A DNA stretch of 35,882 nt, taken from positions 1-35,882 of IMG/VR virus record IMGVR_UViG_3300011334_000183; one strand, 5' to 3'. Under the pieces are notes generated by a model. It was not told the DNA's origin, made no database searches, and was given only the letters and a program-made list of their open reading frames with translations. The position numbers were made by a program, and so were the translations under genes. Below are positions 8,732 to 17,668 of the stretch, in pieces. Every line of letters starts with the position of its first letter. Position 1 is the first letter of the stretch. This DNA comes from a virus. Taxonomy: Duplodnaviria > Caudoviricetes.

Positions 8732-8950
8732 ATGTCAGAAGAAAAAAAAGAAAGCTGGGGAGCGTGGAAAAAGCAAACCCCGAAAGGAGAAGTAATTAAC
8801 TTTACTTTGGAAAACAAACGCTACTCAATGTGGGTAAACTCCTACAAGAGCGAAGAAAAACAACCGGACTACAAAATCTATGTCAATGATTATGTAGCAC
8901 CTACAACTAATGATGAACTTAAACCGAAGGCAACGGACTTGCCATTTTAA
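8732..8950 (+). CDS. Putative single-stranded DNA-binding protein (DUF736-like)
   Basis: GAWKK...EKQPDY and an acidic C-terminal DLPF tail; follows the recombination genes. Confidence 0.65.
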   Translation: MSEEKKESWGAWKKQTPKGEVINFTLENKRYSMWVNSYKSEEKQPDYKIYVNDYVAPTTNDELKPKATDLPF

Positions 8951-8952
8951 TT

Positions 8953-9111
8953 ATGACACACGAAGAAGCAGTACAAGTTTTGGTTAATGCAGTAGCAGTA
9001 GCACAAAACAAAGGCGCATTTACATTGGGCGATGCAAAGGTAGTTATCGATGCATTACAAATTGTGAAGCCGGAACTATTTGTTCAAGCAGCCGAAGAAG
9101 TAACAGAGTAG
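8953..9111 (+). CDS. Hypothetical protein (52 aa), not in ORF track
   Basis: MTHEEAVQVLVNAVAVAQNKGAFTLGDAKVVIDALQIVKPELF..., followed by a terminator. Confidence 0.7.
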   Translation: MTHEEAVQVLVNAVAVAQNKGAFTLGDAKVVIDALQIVKPELFVQAAEEVTE

Positions 9112-9118
9112 TAACTAT

Positions 9119-9146
9119 GGGAGGTGTAAAAGCCTCCCTTTTTTTA
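9119..9146 (+). terminator. Rho-independent terminator
   Basis: GGGAGG-TGTAAAAG-CCTCCC followed by a T-run. Confidence 0.8.
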
Positions 9147-9154
9147 AAATCATT

Positions 9155-9721
9155 ATGCAAGAAACGACAAAAGATTTGTGTTATTGGTCAGCACAATTAT
9201 ATCACACCGACAGAGTTCCATCACATATCATTTACGATAGGATATTAAATAGCAAATCAAGACTTAAAGAGGTCGCACAAGCCAAGCAACTGGTAGGCTA
9301 TATATTATACAATCATTTTGGATATACTTATTTACAAGTAGCATTGGAATTAAATTTAACAAACCATTCAACTATTATTTATTGGATTGATAAGATACAA
9401 GTTCAACTCCGGACAAACAGAAGAATGCAATACAGATACGATTATATGAAAGACGTATTACGTGGCGAACAAAAAGAAATCAAAAGACAATCTTTAACAA
9501 TATCAAATAAAAATGAATTGACTGAAGCAGATATGCAGTTTATAAAATCAAATTTTAATAACGGATATAGTGTTTCTTATTTTGCAGATGTGTTACGCAA
9601 GAATAGACAACCGGTTAAAACGTATATGAACTTTTTATCAAAAGAAATTTGCATCTTTGATGCCCCGAAAGTTGAAAGATTTAGGGCAATAAAATCACAA
9701 TCACAATCAATAAACTACTAA
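9155..9721 (+). CDS. DnaA domain IV-like HTH DNA-binding protein
   Basis: SKSRLKEVAQAKQLVGYIL...TYLQVALEL...NHSTIIYWIDKI resembles the DnaA C-terminal SR...ARQ...DHTTV pattern; a second HTH-like segment lies near the C-terminus. Confidence 0.7.
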   Translation: MQETTKDLCYWSAQLYHTDRVPSHIIYDRILNSKSRLKEVAQAKQLVGYILYNHFGYTYLQVALELNLTNHSTIIYWIDKIQVQLRTNRRMQYRYDYMKDVLRGEQKEIKRQSLTISNKNELTEADMQFIKSNFNNGYSVSYFADVLRKNRQPVKTYMNFLSKEICIFDAPKVERFRAIKSQSQSINY

Positions 9722-9722
9722 A

Positions 9723-10406
9723 ATGAAAAAAACTTACTATTTCCCTCACGACTTTGAGGCAATAAGCGATCCAAAAATTCAATATGTTATTGGGGAATAT
9801 GGTGGAATTGCTTATGCCTTTTGGTGGCGTATTGTAGAGATGTTACACCAAGAAGAAGAAAACAAGCTGGCACACAAGAAATACATATATCACGCAATAG
9901 CAAAGCAGTTAATGGCAGAGCCTACACTTATAGAACAATTTATAAACTTCTGTATTGAAGATGTTGAGTTATTGTCAAGCGATGGTGAGTTCTTTTGGTC
10001 AGTAAGAGTGTTAAAGAATATTGGCAAGATGCAAGAAGTTAGTGTTAAGCGTTCACAAGCTGGTAAAAAGAGTGCCGAGAAGCGTATTGTAAATCAACAA
10101 GTTACAACAAGTGTTGAACAAAATTTAACAAGTGTTGAACAAGTGTCAACAAAACAAAATAAAACAAAACAAAATAAAGAATATAGTAAACCAAGTTTGG
10201 GTGAGATAATTGAATTTTTTAATGAGAATGGTTATGAAGACACCGGTGCGATAAAAGCATATAACTATTATAACGAAGGTAATTGGATTGATAGTAATGG
10301 GAATAAGGTTAAGAATTGGAAACAAAAGATGCGAGGTGTTTGGTTCAGAGATGAATACAAGATTAATAAACCAACGATTGCAAACTTTACAATGCCTATA
10401 AACTAA
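9723..10406 (+). CDS. Phage replication initiator (DUF4373/Lin1244-like N-terminus)
   Basis: YFPHD...DPKI...GIAYAFWWRIVEML N-terminus, KPSL.E...YNYY...W...KNWK C-terminus, and a central iteron-encoded linker as in lambda O-type initiators. Confidence 0.8.
   Translation: MKKTYYFPHDFEAISDPKIQYVIGEYGGIAYAFWWRIVEMLHQEEENKLAHKKYIYHAIAKQLMAEPTLIEQFINFCIEDVELLSSDGEFFWSVRVLKNIGKMQEVSVKRSQAGKKSAEKRIVNQQVTTSVEQNLTSVEQVSTKQNKTKQNKEYSKPSLGEIIEFFNENGYEDTGAIKAYNYYNEGNWIDSNGNKVKNWKQKMRGVWFRDEYKINKPTIANFTMPIN
10091..10180 (+). repeat. Putative replication origin (ori1): iterons AACAAGTGTT(G) at ~10.5-bp period plus AAAAY A-tracts
   Basis: AACAAGTGTTG at 10106 and 10127, AACAAGTGTC at 10138, degenerate copies at 10096 and 10117; IHF-like AATCAACAAGTTA at the left end; located inside the initiator gene. 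Confidence 0.75.
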
Positions 10407-10726
10407 TGAAGAAGGAGATAGCAAAAGAACTACAAGCGTTCGCAAAAGTAGTTGAACAAAGGTTTAGTAAACACGATAGGGAAATGAACTTCAATAATGA
10501 GGAGTTTAAAATTGAAAAGATAATCCCATCAAGTGACCATACTGCTTCAGTAGTTTTTAAAAAAACTTCCGGTAAGTTAGGTGTTGCTTTTTTTTATTAT
10601 CAACCTAATGGAGCCGGAAAAGGATGGAAGTACTTCTTCCCTACCGATAGCCACATAACTGGTATGAGAGCATTTGAATATCACAAACTAAATGCAGAGG
10701 AATTTAACTTTGATAAAAACTTTTAA
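10406..10726 (+). CDS. Hypothetical protein
   Basis: 106-aa ORF, TAATG-coupled to the initiator. Confidence 0.75.
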   Translation: MKKEIAKELQAFAKVVEQRFSKHDREMNFNNEEFKIEKIIPSSDHTASVVFKKTSGKLGVAFFYYQPNGAGKGWKYFFPTDSHITGMRAFEYHKLNAEEFNFDKNF

Positions 10727-10727
10727 G

Positions 10728-11360
10728 ATGAAGATACTTAACTTATATGCTTGTCTTGGTGGTAATAGATACAAATGGGGTGATGAGCACGAAATTACTG
10801 CAGTTGAATTAGATCCGGAGTTAGCAATATTGTATCAAGAAAGGTTTCCCAATGATAAGGTAATTGTAGCAGACGCACACAAATACTTATTAGACCACTA
10901 CAAAGAGTTTGATTTTATTTGGAGTAGTCCACCTTGTCCAAGCCATTCAAGAGCGAGGTTCGCCCGAAGGAATACTACAACTCCGGAGTATCCCGATATG
11001 ATACTTTACCAAGAGATACTTTTCTTGGATAACTGGTTTGATGGAAAGTATTGCGTAGAGAATGTTATACCATATTATCAGCCATTGATAGCCGGTAAAA
11101 AAATTGGAAGGCATTTGTATTGGACTAATTTTAGATTGCCTAACGATTTGAACGAAAGGAAGTGTAACATAATGGAAGGTGAAGATGAGATTAATAGATA
11201 CTGCGAATACCACGAATACGATTTTAGAAAATACAAAGGTGAACAAAGGACTGATAAGATAGCGAGAAACCTTGTTGACTTTGAAGCCGGTAAAACAATA
11301 CTTGATACCGCACTCGGCATACTAAATAAATCAAACACAAAACAAACCAATTTATTTTAG
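10728..11360 (+). CDS. DNA (cytosine-5) methyltransferase, short phage type
   Basis: Motif I ILNLYACLGG, motif IV SSPPC and motif VI ENV. ATG at 10728 preferred. Confidence 0.85.
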   Translation: MKILNLYACLGGNRYKWGDEHEITAVELDPELAILYQERFPNDKVIVADAHKYLLDHYKEFDFIWSSPPCPSHSRARFARRNTTTPEYPDMILYQEILFLDNWFDGKYCVENVIPYYQPLIAGKKIGRHLYWTNFRLPNDLNERKCNIMEGEDEINRYCEYHEYDFRKYKGEQRTDKIARNLVDFEAGKTILDTALGILNKSNTKQTNLF

Positions 11361-11386
11361 TTTATTTGTAAACAAACAAAAAGAAA

Positions 11387-12394
11387 ATGATAAAAAAACT
11401 AACTGATTTTGAGAATGAAATTTTGGCGTTTCATAAACAAGGTATTCAAAAAGGCGATTATTGTGGCTTTGATACCCTGCACGAATACTACACAAGGAAA
11501 GCTGGTAGTATGACATTCATATTAGCATCTCCACATTCCGGTAAAACAGAATTTAACTTGGAGATATTGCTTAACCTTTCTTTACTTTACAATCAAAGGC
11601 ATATTCTTTTCACACCGGAAACCGGCGACTATAAAGATATTGCCAAAGAACTTGTATCAAAGTATTGTAGGAAACAATTTTTTGCAAGCGATTTTGAGCA
11701 TTGCACCGAAGCCGAGATTTATAATGCCATCAATTTCCTATCTGATAAATTCTTTATTGTAGATAACGATGAGAATAGTTTTACCTTTCAAGATATTATA
11801 ACTCAAACAAAGCAATTTGAAATTGATAATAACATCAAGATTGATAATATATTGTTTGATCCGTACAATGAAATTAAGCACGATATGAGTGAGTATGGTA
11901 ACAGACAAGACTTATACATAGAAGATGCCATTGGAAAGTTAAGGCGTTACGCAAAGAAAGAGAACAAGCATATCTTTATTTGTATGCATCCACAAGAACA
12001 AGCACCAATAACCGAGAATGGTATTACGTTCTATCCACCACCACACCCAAGACAATCAGCCGGTGGACAATCTTTCTTCCGGAAGGCAATGGCATTCATA
12101 ATTCTTTGGCGACCACCACAAGGGTTTATTGATAATGAAACGCAAGAGCCATACGAAAATAATGAAACACACATCCACATTGCCAAGGCAAAGCCAAAGG
12201 GTAGCGCAAAGCTGGGAAGATGTAAACTATACTTTGATTGGAAGAAGAATAGATTTTATGAACGCAAAGACGATGGCATTTACTTTGGGTTAGAAGCAAA
12301 AGCAAAACGTGAACGCAATGTAGATGCCGGCAATTTGGAATTGTCAGCACTAAAGAATACATTTGGTAAAGAATTTAACGAAGTACCTTTTTAA
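11387..12394 (+). CDS. Replicative helicase (SF4/DnaB-like P-loop ATPase)
   Basis: Walker A ASPHSGKT, Walker B-like ILFDPYN, CMHP and KAK...G motifs; C-terminal EVPF. Confidence 0.8.
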   Translation: MIKKLTDFENEILAFHKQGIQKGDYCGFDTLHEYYTRKAGSMTFILASPHSGKTEFNLEILLNLSLLYNQRHILFTPETGDYKDIAKELVSKYCRKQFFASDFEHCTEAEIYNAINFLSDKFFIVDNDENSFTFQDIITQTKQFEIDNNIKIDNILFDPYNEIKHDMSEYGNRQDLYIEDAIGKLRRYAKKENKHIFICMHPQEQAPITENGITFYPPPHPRQSAGGQSFFRKAMAFIILWRPPQGFIDNETQEPYENNETHIHIAKAKPKGSAKLGRCKLYFDWKKNRFYERKDDGIYFGLEAKAKRERNVDAGNLELSALKNTFGKEFNEVPF

Positions 12395-12395
12395 T

Positions 12396-12719
12396 ATGAA
12401 CAATCATAAGAACCACTTAAACAATCTTCAAAAGCAACTTGAAGGATTGAGATACTTTCAAGACGAAAGGTTGAAACTTCTTATGCTTGGTATTGACTTA
12501 CAAATAATCAATCGGGATTTAGAACATTTAACTGGTTTCGATGATACCATTGATGAAGCATCTGCACTAACTACAAAAGCAAAAGAGTTATTTGATACTG
12601 CATTTGTTAGATATGAAGCAGCTATCATTCAACTTGATATTATCAGAAACGAAGCATTGTCTTTATGCGAATACACAAGAGATTTGGAAAAACAATTAGA
12701 AGCACACAAAGAATTATGA
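12396..12719 (+). CDS. Hypothetical coiled-coil protein
   Basis: ATG at 12396 follows the helicase stop; helical heptad pattern. Confidence 0.7.
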   Translation: MNNHKNHLNNLQKQLEGLRYFQDERLKLLMLGIDLQIINRDLEHLTGFDDTIDEASALTTKAKELFDTAFVRYEAAIIQLDIIRNEALSLCEYTRDLEKQLEAHKEL

Positions 12720-12940
12720 CATCAAAAGAAAAAGCGCAAGAATTAGTTCATAAGTTTCAAGAATTAAATAGGAGTAAAATATCTGACTATTCAAGAATTG
12801 AATTTCCAACTGCCAAACAATGTGCATTGATAGCAGTAGATGAGATACTAAAATCTGATTGGTTTATCCCAACAAAAGAAGATTATGTAAAGTGGTTAAG
12901 TTATTGGGAAGAAGTTAAACAAGAAATAGAAAAGTTATAA
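12716..12940 (+). CDS. Conserved phage hypothetical protein
   Basis: MTSKEKAQELV...AKQCALIAVDEIL...YWEEVKQEIEKL; ATGA overlap with the upstream gene. Confidence 0.75.
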   Translation: MTSKEKAQELVHKFQELNRSKISDYSRIEFPTAKQCALIAVDEILKSDWFIPTKEDYVKWLSYWEEVKQEIEKL

Positions 12941-12954
12941 AAGAACAAATAATT

Positions 12955-13155
12955 ATGGAAAAAATAAATGAAATATTTTATTTAAATAGCGTATATATTA
13001 AAACGAATTTACAAAGTGGAACTATTTATAAAGAAGCTAAATATTCGAATGGGATTGAAGAATATATTTTGCAGTTTAAAATATATGAAGATTTTCAGTT
13101 ACCAAATATTTGCGATAGAATTACAATGCAAGAATTAATATTTAAATATGAATAA
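12955..13155 (+). CDS. Hypothetical protein
   Basis: 66-aa ORF with an A-rich leader. Confidence 0.55.
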   Translation: MEKINEIFYLNSVYIKTNLQSGTIYKEAKYSNGIEEYILQFKIYEDFQLPNICDRITMQELIFKYE

Positions 13156-13172
13156 TCAAAGGATAGAAAATA

Positions 13173-13565
13173 ATGAAAAACGCTGAAGACATTGTTCAAC
13201 TTGCAGTTGTAAATTACTTGCGTTTAAAATATCCGAAGGTTAGGTTTATGGCTAACTATCTTTCGGGTGCAAGATTGCCCATATATTTAGCCAAGAAAGC
13301 CAAATCACTTGGACAAGCTGGTCAAGGGACACCAGATTTGTTTATATTTTTCAACAATGGTAAACACACTTCATTAGCAATAGAACTCAAGGCACAAGGT
13401 AAAACACCCTTTAAAAAAGATGGAGTGTTGAAAAGTGATGACCATTTGAATAAACAAAATGATTATATATGCTATCTAAATACTATTGGTTTTTATGCTA
13501 CCTTTTGCGTAGGCATTGATGAAGCGATAAGCACAATAGATAGATATATGCTGAATGAACTTTGA
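13173..13565 (+). CDS. VRR-NUC domain nuclease (resolvase-like)
   Basis: EDIVQ...GTPDLFI...IELK...Q...L...GF pattern. Confidence 0.85.
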   Translation: MKNAEDIVQLAVVNYLRLKYPKVRFMANYLSGARLPIYLAKKAKSLGQAGQGTPDLFIFFNNGKHTSLAIELKAQGKTPFKKDGVLKSDDHLNKQNDYICYLNTIGFYATFCVGIDEAISTIDRYMLNEL

Positions 13566-14100
13566 TAAAATAATATCAGACCATTATAATAACAAAGAAA
13601 TCATATCTTTTTTCAAGAAGATAGCTGGAAATTGGTGGGAAGAATTACGACAAGATGTATTTTTAATACTATGCGAATACAATAGAGATAAGATACTTGA
13701 TATGAACAACAAGAAAGCACTTAAATTCTTTATCGTTCGTATAACTCTGAACCAATACCGGAGCAAAAACTCCAAGTTCTTCTACCAAAATTTTAAAAAC
13801 CAACGTATTAGCGATAGTTTAATTGATGATGAATTGATTGAAAATAGTGATAAGATACTATTTGATAACTATTTATATGAATTACAAGGCGAAACTGCAT
13901 ATGAGATTGTAGAAAGTCGCATACAAAATGTAGAAAACGTTATTGATAATTTAAGATACTTTGAACGTGAAGTCCTAAAATTATATTTAGAATTAGGGAC
14001 TTATAAAAACGTATCATTGAAAACCGGTATTCCAATACGCACAATAGCTAATGGCGTTAAGAATGCAATTTTAAACGTAAAGTCAAATATAAATGAATGA
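13555..14100 (+). CDS. Phage RNA polymerase sigma factor (ECF-like), probable late regulator
   Basis: Region 2-like EELRQDVFLIL...FIVRITLNQY and region 4-like LRYFEREVLKLY...TYKNVSLKTGIPIRTI; sits at the early/late boundary. Confidence 0.8.
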   Translation: MNFDKIISDHYNNKEIISFFKKIAGNWWEELRQDVFLILCEYNRDKILDMNNKKALKFFIVRITLNQYRSKNSKFFYQNFKNQRISDSLIDDELIENSDKILFDNYLYELQGETAYEIVESRIQNVENVIDNLRYFEREVLKLYLELGTYKNVSLKTGIPIRTIANGVKNAILNVKSNINE

Positions 14101-14389
14101 ATTATTATTAGTGCTTGGTTCTGCTTGTGTAGGATTTAGCTTCGCTGAAGTTTCGGGAGTGCCACAAGCATTCTCAAGATGGCTATTAAGTCAGTTTAAC
14201 ATTGGTAAAAACGTAAAAGGTTATCAATATGTTAAAGTCCCTTTAAGAATTAAACCATTTGATTGCGGTTATTGTTTGTCATTTTGGTTTGGTTTTATTT
14301 CTGCACTACAACAAACAGATGTTTTAACCTCGCTTATGATTGGATTTGGTGCATCAATCGTAGCAATTTTATTTAAAAAATTATTATAA
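14093..14389 (+). CDS. Membrane protein with CxxC (DUF1360-like)
   Basis: Hydrophobic termini and PFDCGYCLSFW. Confidence 0.6.
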   Translation: MNELLLVLGSACVGFSFAEVSGVPQAFSRWLLSQFNIGKNVKGYQYVKVPLRIKPFDCGYCLSFWFGFISALQQTDVLTSLMIGFGASIVAILFKKLL

Positions 14390-14682
14390 TGAATTACTTA
14401 AACGAAGCAATCTTAAAAAAGAACGAAGAACATTGGATTACCTTGCGTGATGCAGGGTATATTAAGAATTTAGACAATACCGATATTGAAGAACTACAAA
14501 AGGTTTATCAAGATGAAATAAGTGCTGACTTCTTTGTGAACAAATGGTGTAACTCTTGTGTAGCCGAAATGGTTACAACTTTATATTTGGTAACACAATA
14601 CGATAGCAAGAAGCAAGCCAAGCTGGTAAAGGAAGAACCTAAACAAGAAGTTCAAAAAAATACTCGTAAAAATAAAAAGTAA
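14389..14682 (+). CDS. Hypothetical protein with CxxC motif
   Basis: WCNSC motif and basic tail; TAATG-coupled. Confidence 0.7.
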   Translation: MNYLNEAILKKNEEHWITLRDAGYIKNLDNTDIEELQKVYQDEISADFFVNKWCNSCVAEMVTTLYLVTQYDSKKQAKLVKEEPKQEVQKNTRKNKK

Positions 14683-15419
14683 TGCCGGTATTCAAATGTT
14701 CTAACGGAAAATGGCGAGTAGGTAACTCGGATTGTATTTATGATACAAAAACGAAAGCCGAAGAAGTGTGGAGAGCATTGCTTGCAAAAGGTATATATGC
14801 TGAAGATAGTTATACTGATTATCCACAAGCAGCAAGTGATAACGCTAAACGTGCTTTAGATTATGCCGAAAAGAATGGTTGGGGAAGTTGTGGAACTCAA
14901 GTAGGAAAGGTTCGTGCTAATCAATTAGCAAATCGTGAACCAATTAGCCGTGATACCATTGCACGAATGAGTGCTTTTAAGAGGCACCAACAAAGCAAAA
15001 ATACACCATACGGAGAAGGTTGTGGTAAATTGATGTGGGATGCTTGGGGAGGAGATGAAGGCATTGCATGGGCTGAACGCAAACTGGCACAAATAGACAA
15101 CAAGTTTGCTGCTTCAATAGTTTCTTTTGACTTTGACGATACACTTACACGACCTAAATACCAAGATATTGCCAAACAATTAATTGAAGCTGGCATTGAA
15201 GTACATATTGTAACACGAAGACAAGAAACTGCAAATGAAGAAGTATTTAAATTGGCTAAAGAGATTGGTATTGCACGTTCGAATATCCATTTCACTAATG
15301 GTAAGATGAAATGGGAATACTTAAAGCGTTCAAATATTCAAGAGCATTACGATAATAACAAGAAAGAAATAGATTTAATCAATCAGAATACCGAAGTAAA
15401 AGGTATATGGGCACAATAA
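14682..15419 (+). CDS. Multidomain protein with C-terminal HAD-superfamily phosphatase
   Basis: C-terminal SFDFDDTL...IVTRR...K...HYDNN; middle domain YPQAASDNAKRAL...WDAWGGDEG. Confidence 0.7.
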   Translation: MPVFKCSNGKWRVGNSDCIYDTKTKAEEVWRALLAKGIYAEDSYTDYPQAASDNAKRALDYAEKNGWGSCGTQVGKVRANQLANREPISRDTIARMSAFKRHQQSKNTPYGEGCGKLMWDAWGGDEGIAWAERKLAQIDNKFAASIVSFDFDDTLTRPKYQDIAKQLIEAGIEVHIVTRRQETANEEVFKLAKEIGIARSNIHFTNGKMKWEYLKRSNIQEHYDNNKKEIDLINQNTEVKGIWAQ

Positions 15420-15556
15420 ACATCAATGCACTTCAAGAAATACAAGCACTTATAGAAGTTTTACGAGAGCTGGAAGATATTGATACTCTTGGAAATGGAA
15501 TAGGTATTAAGATTAAGATACTAAATAGAATAGATAGTTTAATAGATACATTATGA
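15407..15556 (+). CDS. Hypothetical protein (49 aa), not in ORF track
   Basis: MGTININALQEIQALIEVLRELEDID...IDTL; ATGA overlap with the ParB gene. Confidence 0.6.
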   Translation: MGTININALQEIQALIEVLRELEDIDTLGNGIGIKIKILNRIDSLIDTL

Positions 15557-16137
15557 TAAAAAAAGTAAAAATTAGTGAAGTAATACCAAACCCAAATAAC
15601 CCAAGAGTTATCAGAGATGATAAGTTCAGAAAACTTATTAAGTCGATTAAGGAGTTTCCGGAGATGTTAGAGATAAGACCTATTGTTGTGAATGATGATA
15701 TGGTAGTACTTGGTGGTAATATGCGTTTAAAGGCGTGTAAAGAAGCCGGTTTAAAAGAAGTACACATCATAAAGGCATCTAATTTAAGTGAGCAACAACA
15801 AAAGGAATTTATCATTAAGGACAATGTTGGTTACGGAGAATGGGATTGGGATATGTTAGCTAATGAATACGACGACGATGAGTTAAAAGAATGGGGAATT
15901 GATATTCCTAAATTTGATTCACTCGGAGATTTAGATTATTCTATACTTGATGGTGATGAAGGAATGGATCAACTTCTTGAAGACCTTGCAAGTGGTGTAA
16001 AGAAAGCCATACAGATTGAGTTTGAAGCCGAACACTATGAAGAAGCACAAGAGCTGGTAAAGTTTTGGAGAGATAAGAAACTTTATATCGGTGGTTTTAT
16101 TATGGAGAAGTTGAAAGCAGAAAAAGATAAAATATGA
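15553..16137 (+). CDS. ParB/Srx N-terminal domain protein
   Basis: PNPNNPR...LIKSIKEF...RPIVVN...VLGGNMRLKA...IKDN. Confidence 0.9.
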   Translation: MIKKVKISEVIPNPNNPRVIRDDKFRKLIKSIKEFPEMLEIRPIVVNDDMVVLGGNMRLKACKEAGLKEVHIIKASNLSEQQQKEFIIKDNVGYGEWDWDMLANEYDDDELKEWGIDIPKFDSLGDLDYSILDGDEGMDQLLEDLASGVKKAIQIEFEAEHYEEAQELVKFWRDKKLYIGGFIMEKLKAEKDKI

Positions 16138-16865
16138 TAGTTTACATTCCAAGTAAGGGAAGACCAAAAACAAAAACATATAAACTATTTGAAGAAGCTG
16201 GTATCCAAGTTCTTCATTTTATAGAGCCACAAGATTTAGATAAGTATGAAGTACCAAACAAGATTAGCATAAATAAAGATAATGGTGGAATTGGATATGT
16301 TCGTAATTTTATGCTTGATTTTGCAAGAAGCAACAATCACGAATGGGTTATCATCTGCGATGACGATGTTACTTCGTTTGGATATTACAATGGAAAAACT
16401 ATTAAGAAGGATGCATCTATTTGGTTTGATATTTTAGACAAGGCAAAGCAGTTACCATTTGAAGTTATCGGTATTAATTATACTCAACATGCTTGGCACG
16501 AAAAGACAAAGTATTCTATAAACAAAAAGTTTGCCGAGGTTTGTATTCTAATAAACGTACCAAAGATAACTTGGAACTACCGACCGGAATTTAATATGAA
16601 GGAGGACAGAGATTTTGCTTTACAAACAATCAAGTATGGTAATGGCATATTGAGGTTCAATCATTATTGGTTTAGTTGTCCGGATGTGGGAAGCAACGTT
16701 GGTGGATTACAAGATGAGTATAAAGCAAAGCGTGATGAGGAAACTGCTTTCAAGATGTGTAAAGAGTGGTATCCATTTATAACAATGAAGGACAAGAATG
16801 GTCGCAAAGATATGAAGACAGATATTAAAGCATTTGCAGCACACTATAAAAAAATAGTAAAATGA
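16134..16865 (+). CDS. TET-associated glycosyltransferase (TAGT/GREB1-like, GT-A fold)
   Basis: YIPSKGR...RNFML...ICDDD...KEDRDFALQ...NVGG, adjacent to a TET/JBP gene. Confidence 0.8.
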   Translation: MIVYIPSKGRPKTKTYKLFEEAGIQVLHFIEPQDLDKYEVPNKISINKDNGGIGYVRNFMLDFARSNNHEWVIICDDDVTSFGYYNGKTIKKDASIWFDILDKAKQLPFEVIGINYTQHAWHEKTKYSINKKFAEVCILINVPKITWNYRPEFNMKEDRDFALQTIKYGNGILRFNHYWFSCPDVGSNVGGLQDEYKAKRDEETAFKMCKEWYPFITMKDKNGRKDMKTDIKAFAAHYKKIVK

Positions 16866-17668
16866 AAAGAGTTGACTTAATTAAGGTAGACCACGATAGA
16901 AAGATTGGACAACCTTGTGAATACATAGAACCAAACATAACGGAAGATTGTATATTCTATGCCGATGGTGAACCTATTGGCTTTTATATGACAAAGATGC
17001 CGGAGAAGATGTGCAAGTTAGCAGACTTGGCTAATGCAGAGTTTAAAAGCAAGAACGTGCCAAAGACAATTTTAGACCGGTCAGATGTTTTGAAAGCCGA
17101 ACTTGATAACCCTGGTATATCAAGAGCCGAAGCAAGAAAGATTGGTACGAGCCAAATGTCTACCATTCTTGGAAGCATCCCTCCGAAACCACATATGCGA
17201 AGACCATATCCTACAATCAGTAGTGCACATTCCTCAAAGAGTGCTCAAACATTTATAAAAGCAATGTTACTATTGGCAAAAGAAAGTGAGCAGTTGATTA
17301 AGGAGATACTACCGAACCAATATGAAAATCAAGTAAAGTTGTTTGAAGATGTAGACGATAAGTGGAAGTTTGCAAACCTATTCACAAGTTCAATTTCTAA
17401 TTTTAATATATCAGCACCATTCCATATGGACACTGGTAATATTAAAGGTGCAGTAAATGTTATCATCTGCAAGAAAACTAATTCAAAAGGTGGTGATTTG
17501 CACATTCCGGATTACAATGCTACCATAGGTCAAACTGATAATTCAATTTTAGTATATCCGGCTTGGAGAAACGTACACGGAGTTACACCAATTATACCTA
17601 CATTTGAAGGTGGTTACAGAAACTCATTGATATTTTATCCATTGAAAGCGTTCAAAGGTTTATCATAA
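16862..17668 (+). CDS. TET/JBP-family 2OG-Fe(II) dioxygenase
   Basis: FTS...NFN...FHMDTGN (HxD)...GGDLHIPDY...VHGVTPI (H)...YRNSLIFY (RxS). Confidence 0.85.
   Translation: MKRVDLIKVDHDRKIGQPCEYIEPNITEDCIFYADGEPIGFYMTKMPEKMCKLADLANAEFKSKNVPKTILDRSDVLKAELDNPGISRAEARKIGTSQMSTILGSIPPKPHMRRPYPTISSAHSSKSAQTFIKAMLLLAKESEQLIKEILPNQYENQVKLFEDVDDKWKFANLFTSSISNFNISAPFHMDTGNIKGAVNVIICKKTNSKGGDLHIPDYNATIGQTDNSILVYPAWRNVHGVTPIIPTFEGGYRNSLIFYPLKAFKGLS

Noticed and set aside
6071-13172. Lysogeny module (integrase, CI/Cro, att site)
   Set aside because: No recombinase or repressor motifs were found anywhere in the unit genome, so a temperate lifestyle is unsupported.
15553-16137. Plasmid-prophage partition system
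   Set aside because: Only the ParB N-terminal domain is present, with no ParA. The context is DNA modification and packaging.
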